Numbered from the stretch's first letter, positions 1 through 8,807 are shown. The stretch is DNA of 33,604 bases from an uncultured Chlorobiaceae bacterium (GCA_903904495.1 CAIVCU010000378.1:1-33604), one strand, 5' to 3'. The notes: generated by a model not told the origin, from the letters alone. Numbers and translations: made by a program.

Positions 1-85
1 ATATCACACACTCAAATTACCGGATGCTGCTTCCTTCCGGATCTGACATGGTTGGGCAACCGAGTGTTGTATAGGACTTACTCTC
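1..85 (-). ncRNA. ffs: Signal recognition particle RNA (small bacterial 4.5S SRP RNA); 3' end probably runs off the window
   Basis: The minus strand reads ...AACCATGTCAGATCCGGAAGGAAGCAGCATCCGG..., matching the conserved SRP helix-8 core (UCAG-UCC-GGAA-GGAAGCAGC). The flanking arms ACACTCGGTTGCC and GGTAATTTGAGTGT can pair into the long hairpin. The 5' end near 85 is approximate. Confidence 0.9.
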
Positions 86-86
86 T

Positions 87-119
87 AATATATCAGTTTT
101 TGAAAGCTTCTTCTGTCAA
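87..119 (-). promoter_or_regulatory. Possible sigma70-type promoter of the SRP RNA
   Basis: Minus strand: perfect TTGACA (114-119) and extended -10-like TGaTATATT (87-95). The spacer to TATATT is 21 nt, which is non-canonical, so the call is weak. Confidence 0.3.
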
Positions 120-296
120 GAATATCAAAAACAAGTTCGATAATATAGCGCTATGAAAACAAAAAACAAATAAAGCTCTTTTATCTTTCTGTCAACTGTT
201 ATAACTTCTTGGGCATTTACAGCTTTAAATAATAACGCCCTTGACTTGCCTGAATCAACCGCACACTCCCCGGTTGAAACGAGCAACAATTATCTT

Positions 297-1328
297 ATGG
301 CAGCACAACGAATTTTAAGCGGGATGAGGCCCACAGGCCAACTCCATCTCGGTCATTATACCGGAGCCCTTGAAAGCTGGGTTCAACAACAGAATCTGCT
401 TGACGAAAACGGTTCAAAGGTCTATGAAACCTGCTTTCTCATAGCTGATTATCACAACCTCACGACATCTCTTGAGACCGATGAGATATACAGCAACACC
501 CTTGACATGCTGATCGACTGGCTGGCCGCTGGTGTAGACCCCGAAAAAAGTCCGGTATTCCGCCAGTCGCAGATCAAAGAACATGCTGAACTCTTTTTGC
601 TCTTCTCCATGCTGATCACCTCTGCGCGCCTTGAAAGAAACCCTACACTCAAAGAGCAGGTTCGTGATCTTAATATGGAATCGCTAGTCTACGGCCATCT
701 CGGTTATCCTGTGCTGCAAGCCGCCGACATCCTCCTTTACAAAGGCAATGTCGTCCCTGTAGGTGAAGACCAGATCCCTCATGTGGAAATTACCAGAGAG
801 ATAGCCCGTAAATTCAACAATCACTACCCGCATCCTGTTATCGGGGACGTCTTTCCCGAACCGGAACCTAAAATCACAAAATTTTCGCGTCTTCTGGGTC
901 TCGATGGCAAGGCAAAAATGTCCAAGTCTCTGGGCAATACTATTCTGCTTGCAGACGGCCCTGAAGAGGTACTGAAAAAAATGCGCACAGCGGTAACCGA
1001 TACTGCCAAAATCCGTAAAAACGATCCCGGCCATCCTGAAATCTGCACAGTGTTCAGCTACCACGCAAAATTTTCCTCCCCTGAACAACTCTCCAGCATA
1101 GAAGCGGATTGCCGTGCCGGTTCGCTTGGCTGTGTGGACTGCAAAAAACTCTGTGCCGCAAATATCTCCCTGGAGCTCGCACCGCTGATTGAAAAACGGC
1201 AGTATTATCAGTCACATATGGACCTTGTAAAAAGCATTCTGCTTGAAGGTGAGGTAAAAGCAAAAGTTATTGCCAACCATACAATGCAGGAAGTTAGAAC
1301 CGCCATGAAACTTGGCGAAACAACCTGA
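297..1328 (+). CDS. trpS: Tryptophanyl-tRNA synthetase
   Basis: Motifs SGMRPTGQLHLGH (HIGH), YPVLQAADIL, VPVGEDQIPH and KMSKS. ATG at 297 is preferred over the TTG at 246. Confidence 0.97.
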   Translation: MAAQRILSGMRPTGQLHLGHYTGALESWVQQQNLLDENGSKVYETCFLIADYHNLTTSLETDEIYSNTLDMLIDWLAAGVDPEKSPVFRQSQIKEHAELFLLFSMLITSARLERNPTLKEQVRDLNMESLVYGHLGYPVLQAADILLYKGNVVPVGEDQIPHVEITREIARKFNNHYPHPVIGDVFPEPEPKITKFSRLLGLDGKAKMSKSLGNTILLADGPEEVLKKMRTAVTDTAKIRKNDPGHPEICTVFSYHAKFSSPEQLSSIEADCRAGSLGCVDCKKLCAANISLELAPLIEKRQYYQSHMDLVKSILLEGEVKAKVIANHTMQEVRTAMKLGETT

Positions 1329-2050
1329 TGCAACTATCTATGAACGGCATGCCGACCGACAACAAACTCGCCTTTATTTTTGATATGGACGGGGTTCTGA
1401 CCGACAATATGCGTTTCCATGCCGACTCCTGGGTGGAACTCTTCAAAGATTACGGCCTTGAAGGGCTCGATGCCGAGCGATACCTGGTGGAAACCGCAGG
1501 AATGAAAGGGCTCGATGTGCTTCGCTACTTTCTCGACCCGAAAATCAGTGAGGCTGAAGCCGAACGACTTACGGAACTCAAGGATTTCCTTTACCGGGTC
1601 ATGTCCCGCGACCTCATCAAACCCATGCCCGGCCTCCCCGGGTTTCTCGACGCTGCAGCTGAACGGGAGATCCGGCTTGGCATAGGCACCGGTGCCGGTC
1701 CCAGAAATATTGACTATGTGCTCGGTCTTTTAAACCTTACAGATACATTCCAGGCAATTGTAAACCCCTTTCAAGTTCGAAACGGAAAACCCCATCCGGA
1801 TATTTTTTTACGTGCCGCCGAACTGCTGGAGGTCGATCCTTCTGCCTGTATTGTCTTTGAAGATGCACTTCCCGGAGTTGAAGCCGCCAGAAAAGCCGGA
1901 ATAAAATGTATTGCTGTAACAACGACGAACAGTGCTGATGCGTTCAGCAGTTTCGACAATGTTGTCAGGATTATCGCCGATTTCAGAGAGCTCGCTATCG
2001 ATGATCTTTGCAGGATATTCCATAAGAATCAACCCGCGACCCTATTATAA
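1328..2050 (+). CDS. HAD-superfamily phosphatase (beta-phosphoglucomutase/CbbY-like, subfamily IA)
   Basis: Motif [10 protein letters not shown], motif [11 protein letters not shown] and motif [10 protein letters not shown]. The ATG overlaps the trpS stop (TGATG). The start could be a few codons downstream. Confidence 0.9.
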   Translation: MQLSMNGMPTDNKLAFIFDMDGVLTDNMRFHADSWVELFKDYGLEGLDAERYLVETAGMKGLDVLRYFLDPKISEAEAERLTELKDFLYRVMSRDLIKPMPGLPGFLDAAAEREIRLGIGTGAGPRNIDYVLGLLNLTDTFQAIVNPFQVRNGKPHPDIFLRAAELLEVDPSACIVFEDALPGVEAARKAGIKCIAVTTTNSADAFSSFDNVVRIIADFRELAIDDLCRIFHKNQPATLL

Positions 2051-2060
2051 AAGAACCAAC

Positions 2061-3719
2061 ATGCATGAATTTTTTCTTCCTGTCATCCAGAGCGCACTCC
2101 GCTCGGCAGGTATTGATACCGATAAACAGATCATTATTGAACAGCCTGCCGACAAAAAGTTCGGAGACTTTTCGACAAACATAGCCCTGCTTACAGCGAA
2201 AGAGTGCAGAAGAAACCCTCGTGAACTTGCGCATGAAATTATCGGGCATCTTGTGTTTCCCCCCGATACCATTGCTAAAATCGAAGTGGCAGGGCTGGGC
2301 TTCATTAATTTTTATCTGACCTCCCTCTTCATCATGCGCTCTCTCCGGCAGGTGCTGCGAGACGGCGATACCTATGGAAAAGGCACAGTCGGAAAAGGGA
2401 AAACAGCGATTGTCGAATATGTCAGTGCCAATCCTACCGGACCGCTGACCATTGGACGCGGCCGTGGCGGCGTACTGGGAGACTGCATTGCAAATCTTAT
2501 CGAATCACAGGGTTACGAGGTTACCAGAGAGTACTACTTCAACGATGCCGGCCGGCAGATGCAGATTCTCGGAGAGTCGGTCCGCCTGCGCTATCAGGAA
2601 CTGTGCGGCAAAACGATAGAGTTTCCTGACACCCATTACCAGGGCGAATACATCCGCGATATCGCTGAACAGATATACAACGAACATGGTGCGGCTCTTG
2701 CTGAAAACGACGAAGTGCTGACCTTTAAAAACAGTGCTGAAGCAATCATTTTCAGCTCCATAAAAAAGACTCTCGCAAGGCTCAGCATCCGTCATGACTC
2801 TTTTTTTAACGAGCATACTCTTTACACCCCCGATGCAGCCGGCATAACCGCCAACCAGAGAGTCATTGATGCACTGCGGGAGAACGGATTTATTGCCGAT
2901 TACGATGGTGCCACATGGTTTCTGACAACAAAACTCGGCCAGGAAAAGGATAAGGTACTAGTCAAATCATCAGGGGAACCGAGCTACCGTCTGCCGGATA
3001 TCGGCTACCATATATCAAAGTTCGAGCGCAAATACGCAATGATCGTCAATGTATTCGGTGCCGATCATATTGATGAATATCCTGATGTCATCGAGGCTTT
3101 GAAAATTCTCGGATACGATACCGGGCGGATAAAAATCGCCATCAATCAGTTTGTAACAACAACTGTCGACGGGCAGACCCTTAAAATGTCAACACGCAAA
3201 GGTAATGCTGATCTCCTTGACGACCTGATTGATGATGTAGGTGCTGACGCTACAAGACTGTTTTTTATTATGCGCAGTAAAGATTCACATTTGAACTTCG
3301 ATGTCGAACTGGCAAAAAAGCAATCCAAGGAAAATCCGGTTTTCTATCTTCAGTACGCCCACGCACGAATCTGCAGCCTCTTACGAATGGCACTGCAGGA
3401 AACCGGATTTGATCCTGCGTCCAGTGAGGATCACAAGCTTCTGGAATTACTCACCTCACCGTCTGAACTTCAGCTTGGATTTGCTTTACTTGATTATCCC
3501 GACATGATAAAAACCAGCGTGCGCCTGCTGGAACCACAAAAAATGGTGGAGTACATGCACTCTGTGGCTGAACTCTTTCACCGGTTCTATCAGGAGTTCC
3601 CCATTATCAAAGCAGAGCCGGATACCATGAAGGCAAGGCTCTTTCTTGCATTGGCAACACGTCAGGTACTGCGCAACGGATTCAGGATTCTCGGCGTTTC
3701 AGCTCCCGAGTCAATGTAG
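2061..3719 (+). CDS. argS: Arginyl-tRNA synthetase
   Basis: Motifs [39 protein letters not shown] and [11 protein letters not shown], and a C-terminal DALR-type end (LGVSAPESM). The start is placed at ATG 2061 because the ORF extension from 1932 overlaps the HAD gene. Confidence 0.97.
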   Translation: MHEFFLPVIQSALRSAGIDTDKQIIIEQPADKKFGDFSTNIALLTAKECRRNPRELAHEIIGHLVFPPDTIAKIEVAGLGFINFYLTSLFIMRSLRQVLRDGDTYGKGTVGKGKTAIVEYVSANPTGPLTIGRGRGGVLGDCIANLIESQGYEVTREYYFNDAGRQMQILGESVRLRYQELCGKTIEFPDTHYQGEYIRDIAEQIYNEHGAALAENDEVLTFKNSAEAIIFSSIKKTLARLSIRHDSFFNEHTLYTPDAAGITANQRVIDALRENGFIADYDGATWFLTTKLGQEKDKVLVKSSGEPSYRLPDIGYHISKFERKYAMIVNVFGADHIDEYPDVIEALKILGYDTGRIKIAINQFVTTTVDGQTLKMSTRKGNADLLDDLIDDVGADATRLFFIMRSKDSHLNFDVELAKKQSKENPVFYLQYAHARICSLLRMALQETGFDPASSEDHKLLELLTSPSELQLGFALLDYPDMIKTSVRLLEPQKMVEYMHSVAELFHRFYQEFPIIKAEPDTMKARLFLALATRQVLRNGFRILGVSAPESM

Positions 3720-3728
3720 AAAACCAGG

Positions 3729-4319
3729 TTACCTGTAAAGACCATGCTCTATGATATAACGATGTACCGCAGGGGGAACAAGCCTGGAAATACTTTGCCC
3801 GGCGGCGGCAAGCTCCCTAATCTCAGTTGACGAAACCTCATAGCCGAAATCAATAACCGCTATAGATCCGTTCTCCGATGAAGCAGCTGAAGGAGAGGCA
3901 CTTCCCTCTGCTGAAGATCTTCTGAACACAACAATATCACACAGGGAAAACAGTTTCTCATACTCCTTCCACATGTTAAACTCCCTGTAACTGTCTTCAC
4001 CGACAAGAAGGGTCACGCTGTCGTGGGGATAGAGCTGGTGCACATAGTTGAGAAGATCAACCGTATAGGATGGCTGCCGTTTTTCAAGCTCCCATCCGCT
4101 GACCTGACAGCAGGATCCGGTCAGATTGATTTCCGAAGAGAGACACTCTGCCATACGTTTTCTATGTTCGTCGGCAGCGCCCCTGTTATGCTTAAAGGGA
4201 TTATTCGAAACCGAAATAATAATTCTGTCGATTTCGAGAAGCTCTCTTGCATAGAGGCAGAGAGCAAGATGACCATTATGCGGCGGGTCGAAGGTCCCGC
4301 CAAAAACCGCCAGATGCAC
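3729..4319 (-). CDS. nadD: Nicotinate-nucleotide adenylyltransferase
   Basis: Motifs GGTFDPPHNGH, SYTVDLL, LVGEDS, W(KEY), VSSTEIRE and YIIEHGLY. Confidence 0.95.
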   Translation of the reverse strand: MHLAVFGGTFDPPHNGHLALCLYARELLEIDRIIISVSNNPFKHNRGAADEHRKRMAECLSSEINLTGSCCQVSGWELEKRQPSYTVDLLNYVHQLYPHDSVTLLVGEDSYREFNMWKEYEKLFSLCDIVVFRRSSAEGSASPSAASSENGSIAVIDFGYEVSSTEIRELAAAGQSISRLVPPAVHRYIIEHGLYR

Positions 4320-4332
4320 CTGTCGCCTCCGG

Positions 4333-5235
4333 TCAGTTGTTTTTAAGATTCTGATTTATTTTTTCTCGGACTCCTCTCATTTCCTGCTGTTTGTCAGGGT
4401 AAATCTGGAGATACTGATCAAGCACCTGTCCGGCTTCAAACCATTTTTTCCGTTTTATAAGCGCATCAATTTTCCCTGCCCATGCCTGCTGAACATATCC
4501 GGTATCAGGGTACCGCTTCAATATCTCGTCATAAAAAATAACGGCAGCTTTATACTTTTTAAGCTGAACATACTGCCGTGCAATGAAATATGCGTTTTTT
4601 GCCAGTTTATCTCTCAGTACGGGAATTGCCTTTTCAGCGTATTTCAGGGAATCCACCTTACCAAGTTCTGCGGCAGCCTTCGCATAACGCTCTTTGTACA
4701 CCGGATTCTCAGGATTGATCTTCAAAAGCTCCCTGTAAGTCTCAACATCGCTTAAAATCTTTGAATCATCCGGTGCCGGATAGAGATCCATATAAACGGA
4801 GAATTGATCTATTGCTTTAATGGTTTCCTGTTGGTCAAGCTCATAATGCGGAGAAAGTTTTTCATGAGATTTTGCAATCAGAAACTGGGCTGTCCGAGCA
4901 TATGGAGTCGAAGGCACCTGTTTCAACAGGCGTGAAAATATATCTGAAGAGAGCAGATACTGACCGGACTGGTAATATGTCTCGCCAAGCAGAAACAGCA
5001 CATGATCCTCAAGAGCTGTTGCCCGAGAGGACACAAGCAGTGATTCAAGCGTGAGAGCTGCGCCATCATAATCCTTTTTTCCATACATCCTCGCCGCTTT
5101 TTCATAGCCCTCGGTGACAAGGACCGTTGCCGTGGGAGCAGCTGCGGGCTTGGAAGAAGAACACCCTGAACTCATCAATACCCCTATCGTAAACACTATC
5201 GATACAGAACGTGAAACAAATCTGTCAACCCGCAT
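4333..5235 (-). CDS. bamD: Outer membrane protein assembly lipoprotein BamD (TPR repeats)
   Basis: Lipoprotein signal ending in SSG-C, TPR-like helices, an SP..ELDQ..T..AI..F...YP motif, and 'IARQY....KYKAAVIFYDEILKRYPDT' as in BamD/YfiO proteins. Confidence 0.88.
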   Translation of the reverse strand: MRVDRFVSRSVSIVFTIGVLMSSGCSSSKPAAAPTATVLVTEGYEKAARMYGKKDYDGAALTLESLLVSSRATALEDHVLFLLGETYYQSGQYLLSSDIFSRLLKQVPSTPYARTAQFLIAKSHEKLSPHYELDQQETIKAIDQFSVYMDLYPAPDDSKILSDVETYRELLKINPENPVYKERYAKAAAELGKVDSLKYAEKAIPVLRDKLAKNAYFIARQYVQLKKYKAAVIFYDEILKRYPDTGYVQQAWAGKIDALIKRKKWFEAGQVLDQYLQIYPDKQQEMRGVREKINQNLKNN

Positions 5236-5414
5236 AAAGCAACTCCATTATCCTCTTTTTGTGAAATCAGAACCGTATAATACAAAACTGCAGAAAAAGA
5301 AACCGAACTCTTTACAGCAATTACTGGAAGATTTTCAATACCTGTTATTGGCCCGATGGTCAGAGAAGGCAACGTGCAGATACAGAGAAAGGAACAAACA
5401 GAACAAACCTGTTG

Positions 5415-5487
5415 TGGAGCTTAGGGGAGTCGAACCCCTGACCTTCTCATTGCGAACGAGACGCTCTACCAACTGAGCTAAAGCCCC
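5415..5487 (-). tRNA. tRNA-Ala, anticodon CGC (3' CCA not encoded)
   Basis: GGGGCTTTAGCTCAGTTGGTAGAGCGTCTCGTTCGCAATGAGAAGGTCAGGGGTTCGACTCCCCTAAGCTCCA folds as a cloverleaf with the G3:U70 alanine identity pair, anticodon loop TT-CGC-AA, GTTCGA T-loop and discriminator A. Confidence 0.97.
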
Positions 5488-5506
5488 GAATCCTTAATGC
5501 TGCAGA

Positions 5507-5535
5507 ATTTTACAGCGTCTTTAAAAGTACTGCAA
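5507..5535 (-). promoter_or_regulatory. Sigma70-type promoter for tRNA-Ala
   Basis: Minus strand TTGCAG (5530-5535), 17-nt spacer, TAAAAT (5507-5512), ending about 20 nt upstream of the tRNA 5' end. Confidence 0.6.
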
Positions 5536-5543
5536 AAAAGTTT

Positions 5544-5572
5544 AAAAAAATAGCCTGCAGAAGCAGGCTATT
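5544..5572 (-). terminator. Intrinsic terminator of the atp Fo operon
   Basis: Hairpin TAGCCTGC-ttct-GCAGGCTA followed by T7 on the minus strand, 35 nt after the atpH stop. Confidence 0.85.
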
Positions 5573-5606
5573 CACATTTTGAATGTCATAAGACCATCAC
5601 AACAGC

Positions 5607-6152
5607 TTATGCCTTGTCGGCAACAAGTGCCTTCCTGAACATCTCAAGCTGATGACTGATGCTGCCATCAAAGATGGTATCACCGATTTTAACAGAAACA
5701 CCACCGATAAGGCTTTCATTTTCAGCCAGACTGGGCCTGATTTTCTTGCCTGTATAGACTTCAAGGCGCCTGATCAGCTCGCCGGACTGTTCTTCGGAAA
5801 GTTTTTCCGCACTGGTAATACCGACATTGATTATCCCTCTTTTCTCGTCAAGAAGGATTTGAAACTCGTCAATAATCTCAGGGAGAAGTCCTGCTCGTTT
5901 TTTCCGGGCAACAAGCTTTAAAAAAAGGAACATTTTTTCCTCGATGGAATCCTTGAAAATTTCCTGAAGGATGTGAATTTTCTTATCCCCATTGACGAGC
6001 GGACTGCGCATTGCTTGAACGAGATCGCGGGAATGTTCAAGAACAACCTTAATCACCTGAAGCTCTTCTACAATCTGATCGAGAAAGTTACCCTCTTCAG
6101 CTGCTGAGAGAAGAGCGGAAGCATATCGTCGGCTTGTAATTACACTTGACAT
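5607..6152 (-). CDS. atpH: ATP synthase F1 subunit delta
   Basis: N-terminal RRYASALL and C-terminal LIGGVSVKIGDTIFDGSI; follows atpF. Confidence 0.96.
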   Translation of the reverse strand: MSSVITSRRYASALLSAAEEGNFLDQIVEELQVIKVVLEHSRDLVQAMRSPLVNGDKKIHILQEIFKDSIEEKMFLFLKLVARKKRAGLLPEIIDEFQILLDEKRGIINVGITSAEKLSEEQSGELIRRLEVYTGKKIRPSLAENESLIGGVSVKIGDTIFDGSISHQLEMFRKALVADKA

Positions 6153-6165
6153 GTCGTGACCTTTT

Positions 6166-6693
6166 TCAGTTACGTTTTGTTGAAAGATCCTGAATCATGC
6201 TGTCAACGATCCTCTTCTGAATATCTGCATCAAGAGTGGTCTTGATAATTTTTTCAGCGCCTTTGACGGCAAGATCAGCGACCTCATTTCTCAGCACATC
6301 GAGCGCACGGCGTTTTTCCTGCTCTATCTCATCTTTTGCTGAGGCAATCATTTTCTGAGCTTCCGCCTGAGCTTTTACCGATATATCCGAACGGAGTTTT
6401 TCGGCAAAATCCTTTCCTTCACGGATAATCCTGTCGGATTCAGCATCAGCTTTTGCAAGCAGTTCCTTGTTTTTACGCAGAATAGCTTCAGATTCATCCT
6501 TTGCCTGATGCGCACGGTCAATGGATGACTGAATGCCCTTTTCCCTTTCTTCCAAAGCATTGAGGATCGGTCCCCAGGCAATCTTCTTGAGAATAAGCAG
6601 CACAATCACAAAAGTGATCGCAGTCCAGAAAATAAGACCGGGATTCGGGCTCAGAAGACTACCGGCAAGAAGTATAATTCCTGACGTAAGCAT
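6166..6693 (-). CDS. atpF: ATP synthase Fo subunit b
   Basis: One N-terminal TM segment ([15 protein letters not shown]), the AWGPI...LEERE motif and a long coiled coil. ATG at 6693. Confidence 0.96.
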   Translation of the reverse strand: MLTSGIILLAGSLLSPNPGLIFWTAITFVIVLLILKKIAWGPILNALEEREKGIQSSIDRAHQAKDESEAILRKNKELLAKADAESDRIIREGKDFAEKLRSDISVKAQAEAQKMIASAKDEIEQEKRRALDVLRNEVADLAVKGAEKIIKTTLDADIQKRIVDSMIQDLSTKRN

Positions 6694-6797
6694 GAACAAT
6701 GTTTCCGTTAACGTTTAATAAAGCCCGATTGCGACATGAAATAAAATCAGCCGCAATCGAGATATCTTCTGTATTGAGTCCTTGAGGCTACTCAATA

Positions 6798-7025
6798 TTA
6801 CTTAAGGGCAAGAAGCACACAGATAACTTCACCGAAAAGAGCCACACCTTCAATAAGAGCTGCAGCAATAATCATGGTTGTACGGATATCTGCAGTCGCT
6901 TCAGGCTGACGGGCAACGCCTTCAGCTGCAGATGCCGCCACATTACCAATACCAAGACCAGCGCCGATAACAGCAAGACCGGCACCGACACCGGCTCCTA
7001 AATAACCCAAACCTAAACCTTCCAT
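6798..7025 (-). CDS. atpE: ATP synthase Fo subunit c (probably H+-type)
   Basis: GxGxGxG helix, RQPE loop and carrier Glu59 in IEGVALF. It lacks the E-S/T Na+ signature. Confidence 0.98.
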   Translation of the reverse strand: MEGLGLGYLGAGVGAGLAVIGAGLGIGNVAASAAEGVARQPEATADIRTTMIIAAALIEGVALFGEVICVLLALK

Positions 7026-7125
7026 CTTGTTGTACCCCCGTTTATTTTTTTTGTAAGTGTGTATTAAAACCAGTCAATAAAAAGCATGAAAATAAGAGTT
7101 ATTACCTAATAATCCTTAAACCATT

Positions 7126-8130
7126 TTAATGTGAGGCAACTCCTGCCTCATGTTCATCATGACCTTCATGTGCCGAAGCAAGGCCGATAAACAGTGCGGA
7201 GAGCATCGTAAATATGAATGCCTGAAGAAAAGCCACAAAAAGCTCAAGCAGATAGATGAATATCGAGAATGGAACCGACATGACGACAGCAACGATATAG
7301 CTTTTAAGAATAAAGCTGATAAAGATAAGGCTGAGAATCACAATGTGGCCCGCCGTCATATTGGCAAACAACCGTATGGTAAGAGCAACCGGCTTGGTAA
7401 ACAAGCCGATAAATTCAATCGGAATCATAATGATCCAGAGCGCCGGATGAGTCCCGCCTGTAAGATGCGCAAGATAGCCCTTGACACCGTGAGCTTTAAG
7501 CGCTGCAATCTGTGTAAGGAAAAAAGTGAAGGTGGCAAGCGTCAGCGTAACGTTGATATTACCTGTAGCTGTTGATCCATAGGGAACAAGTCCCAGAAGG
7601 TTGCAGAGCAGAATAAAAAAGAATACCGTCAGAAGATAAGAGAGATACTTTTCATAACCCTTGCCGATGTTAGCCTTAGCCACATCAAGCCGGATGAACT
7701 CTACAAGCGCCTCCATGGCATTCACCAATCCCTTCGGAGCCTGTCGGGCATTCATTTTCTTGTATTTGCCGCCGACCACTGAAAAAACAATCAGAAGCAA
7801 AGCCGATACAACCCAGAGCATCACCACATGCTTTGTTATGGAAATATCAATCCCGGCCACTGGAGGGATTTTTGGAAGGGAGATTTCGCCAAAGGGCTCA
7901 AACGACAAAATACTGTTGTCGAGAATATGATGCATGATGACGTCGCCGGCTTTCTCCTCTTCAGGAGCGGCGGCAGGAGCGGCTGCAACTGCTCCGGCTG
8001 TCTGCGGAGAGAGTGCTGCTGCAGGCTCACTGGCTGCGACGGCAATGCCGTTGACATTCAGCAGAAGAGGCAGAAGAATCGCAAAAACCTTGAGAAGAGC
8101 CTTAGGCTGTATGATGTTTACCCGTTTCAT
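7126..8130 (-). CDS. atpB: ATP synthase Fo subunit a
   Basis: Motifs [27 protein letters not shown] (essential Arg) and [12 protein letters not shown]. Confidence 0.97.
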   Translation of the reverse strand: MKRVNIIQPKALLKVFAILLPLLLNVNGIAVAASEPAAALSPQTAGAVAAAPAAAPEEEKAGDVIMHHILDNSILSFEPFGEISLPKIPPVAGIDISITKHVVMLWVVSALLLIVFSVVGGKYKKMNARQAPKGLVNAMEALVEFIRLDVAKANIGKGYEKYLSYLLTVFFFILLCNLLGLVPYGSTATGNINVTLTLATFTFFLTQIAALKAHGVKGYLAHLTGGTHPALWIIMIPIEFIGLFTKPVALTIRLFANMTAGHIVILSLIFISFILKSYIVAVVMSVPFSIFIYLLELFVAFLQAFIFTMLSALFIGLASAHEGHDEHEAGVASH

Positions 8131-8513
8131 GCAGTTTTCTTTTTCTGTTTGTTTTTCTTTTGATACCCGAGAATTTCCACAATCACATAGATACAGTAAA
8201 ACGCAAAGAATGAAAAGACAAAGTCGTTGATGACCACCATGTGCCTGAGAATGATAACAGCGACAAGCACCATCAGCACTAACAGCCGGAGAGTCAGGCC
8301 ACCGAACACGAACTTGGTGAATACCGCTGATTCCTTGTCAAGTGCGTAGTCAAAAAGCAGATAACCGGCAACAGTATTGGAAACCACCATTATCCATGCA
8401 AGAAAAACCGAGTGATAGTCAACACTCCCGGGATTAAGTTCTGCAAAAATAATGCCCCATAAAATGACGGACAAGATACATAACTTAATAAAAAATTCAA
8501 ACAATGGCTTCAT
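8127..8513 (-). CDS. AtpI-like membrane protein (about 4 TM helices)
   Basis: Four hydrophobic segments, a 'GGLTLRLL' motif and a position directly before atpB (ATGA overlap). ATG 8513 has a GGGAG SD-like sequence; the ORF could start at 8558. Confidence 0.7.
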   Translation of the reverse strand: MKPLFEFFIKLCILSVILWGIIFAELNPGSVDYHSVFLAWIMVVSNTVAGYLLFDYALDKESAVFTKFVFGGLTLRLLVLMVLVAVIILRHMVVINDFVFSFFAFYCIYVIVEILGYQKKNKQKKKTA

Positions 8514-8561
8514 ATCTCCCTTTTCTTTATCAATTAACACCGGCATGAAACTCTCCATGCC

Positions 8562-8807
8562 TTATTTTTTTTTATTAGCCTGGCGCACTACCTTCATAAG
8601 AACGAGAGACATCCCGGCCATCCCGAGAACAACACCTGCAAGGAGCAGGAATGGTGAAGTGCCAAGCTTACCGTCAGCCCAATAGCCAAGAAATACAAAA
8701 AAAACAAAGCTCACGGCAATCTGCAGGCCAATGCCCATATAATCGGAAATCGCACGGACAGAACGTCCGAATTGTTCCCCGGAGCGTTCCTTATCAGCTC
8801 TTGTCAT
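8562..8807 (-). CDS. AtpZ/AtpI family (ATPase gene 1) small membrane protein
   Basis: Two TM segments around the family motif 'LGYWADGKLGTSPFLLLAGVVLG'; first gene of the atp operon. Confidence 0.85.
   Translation of the reverse strand: MTRADKERSGEQFGRSVRAISDYMGIGLQIAVSFVFFVFLGYWADGKLGTSPFLLLAGVVLGMAGMSLVLMKVVRQANKKK

Noticed and set aside
1932-2060. N-terminal extension of the argS ORF
   Set aside because: It overlaps the HAD gene, and ArgRS-like sequence begins at ATG 2061. Similar over-extensions were trimmed for trpS, pgeF, murC, murD, ftsW, ftsQ and the ftsL-like gene.
5340-5417. ACCTGTT repeated near the tRNA 3' end as a possible att scar
   Set aside because: It is only 7 bp, does not include tRNA sequence, and has no integrase or foreign DNA nearby.
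5114-5476. 120-aa + strand ORF
   Set aside because: It is antisense to the bamD 5' end and the tRNA-Ala gene; its C-terminus is just the translated tRNA complement.
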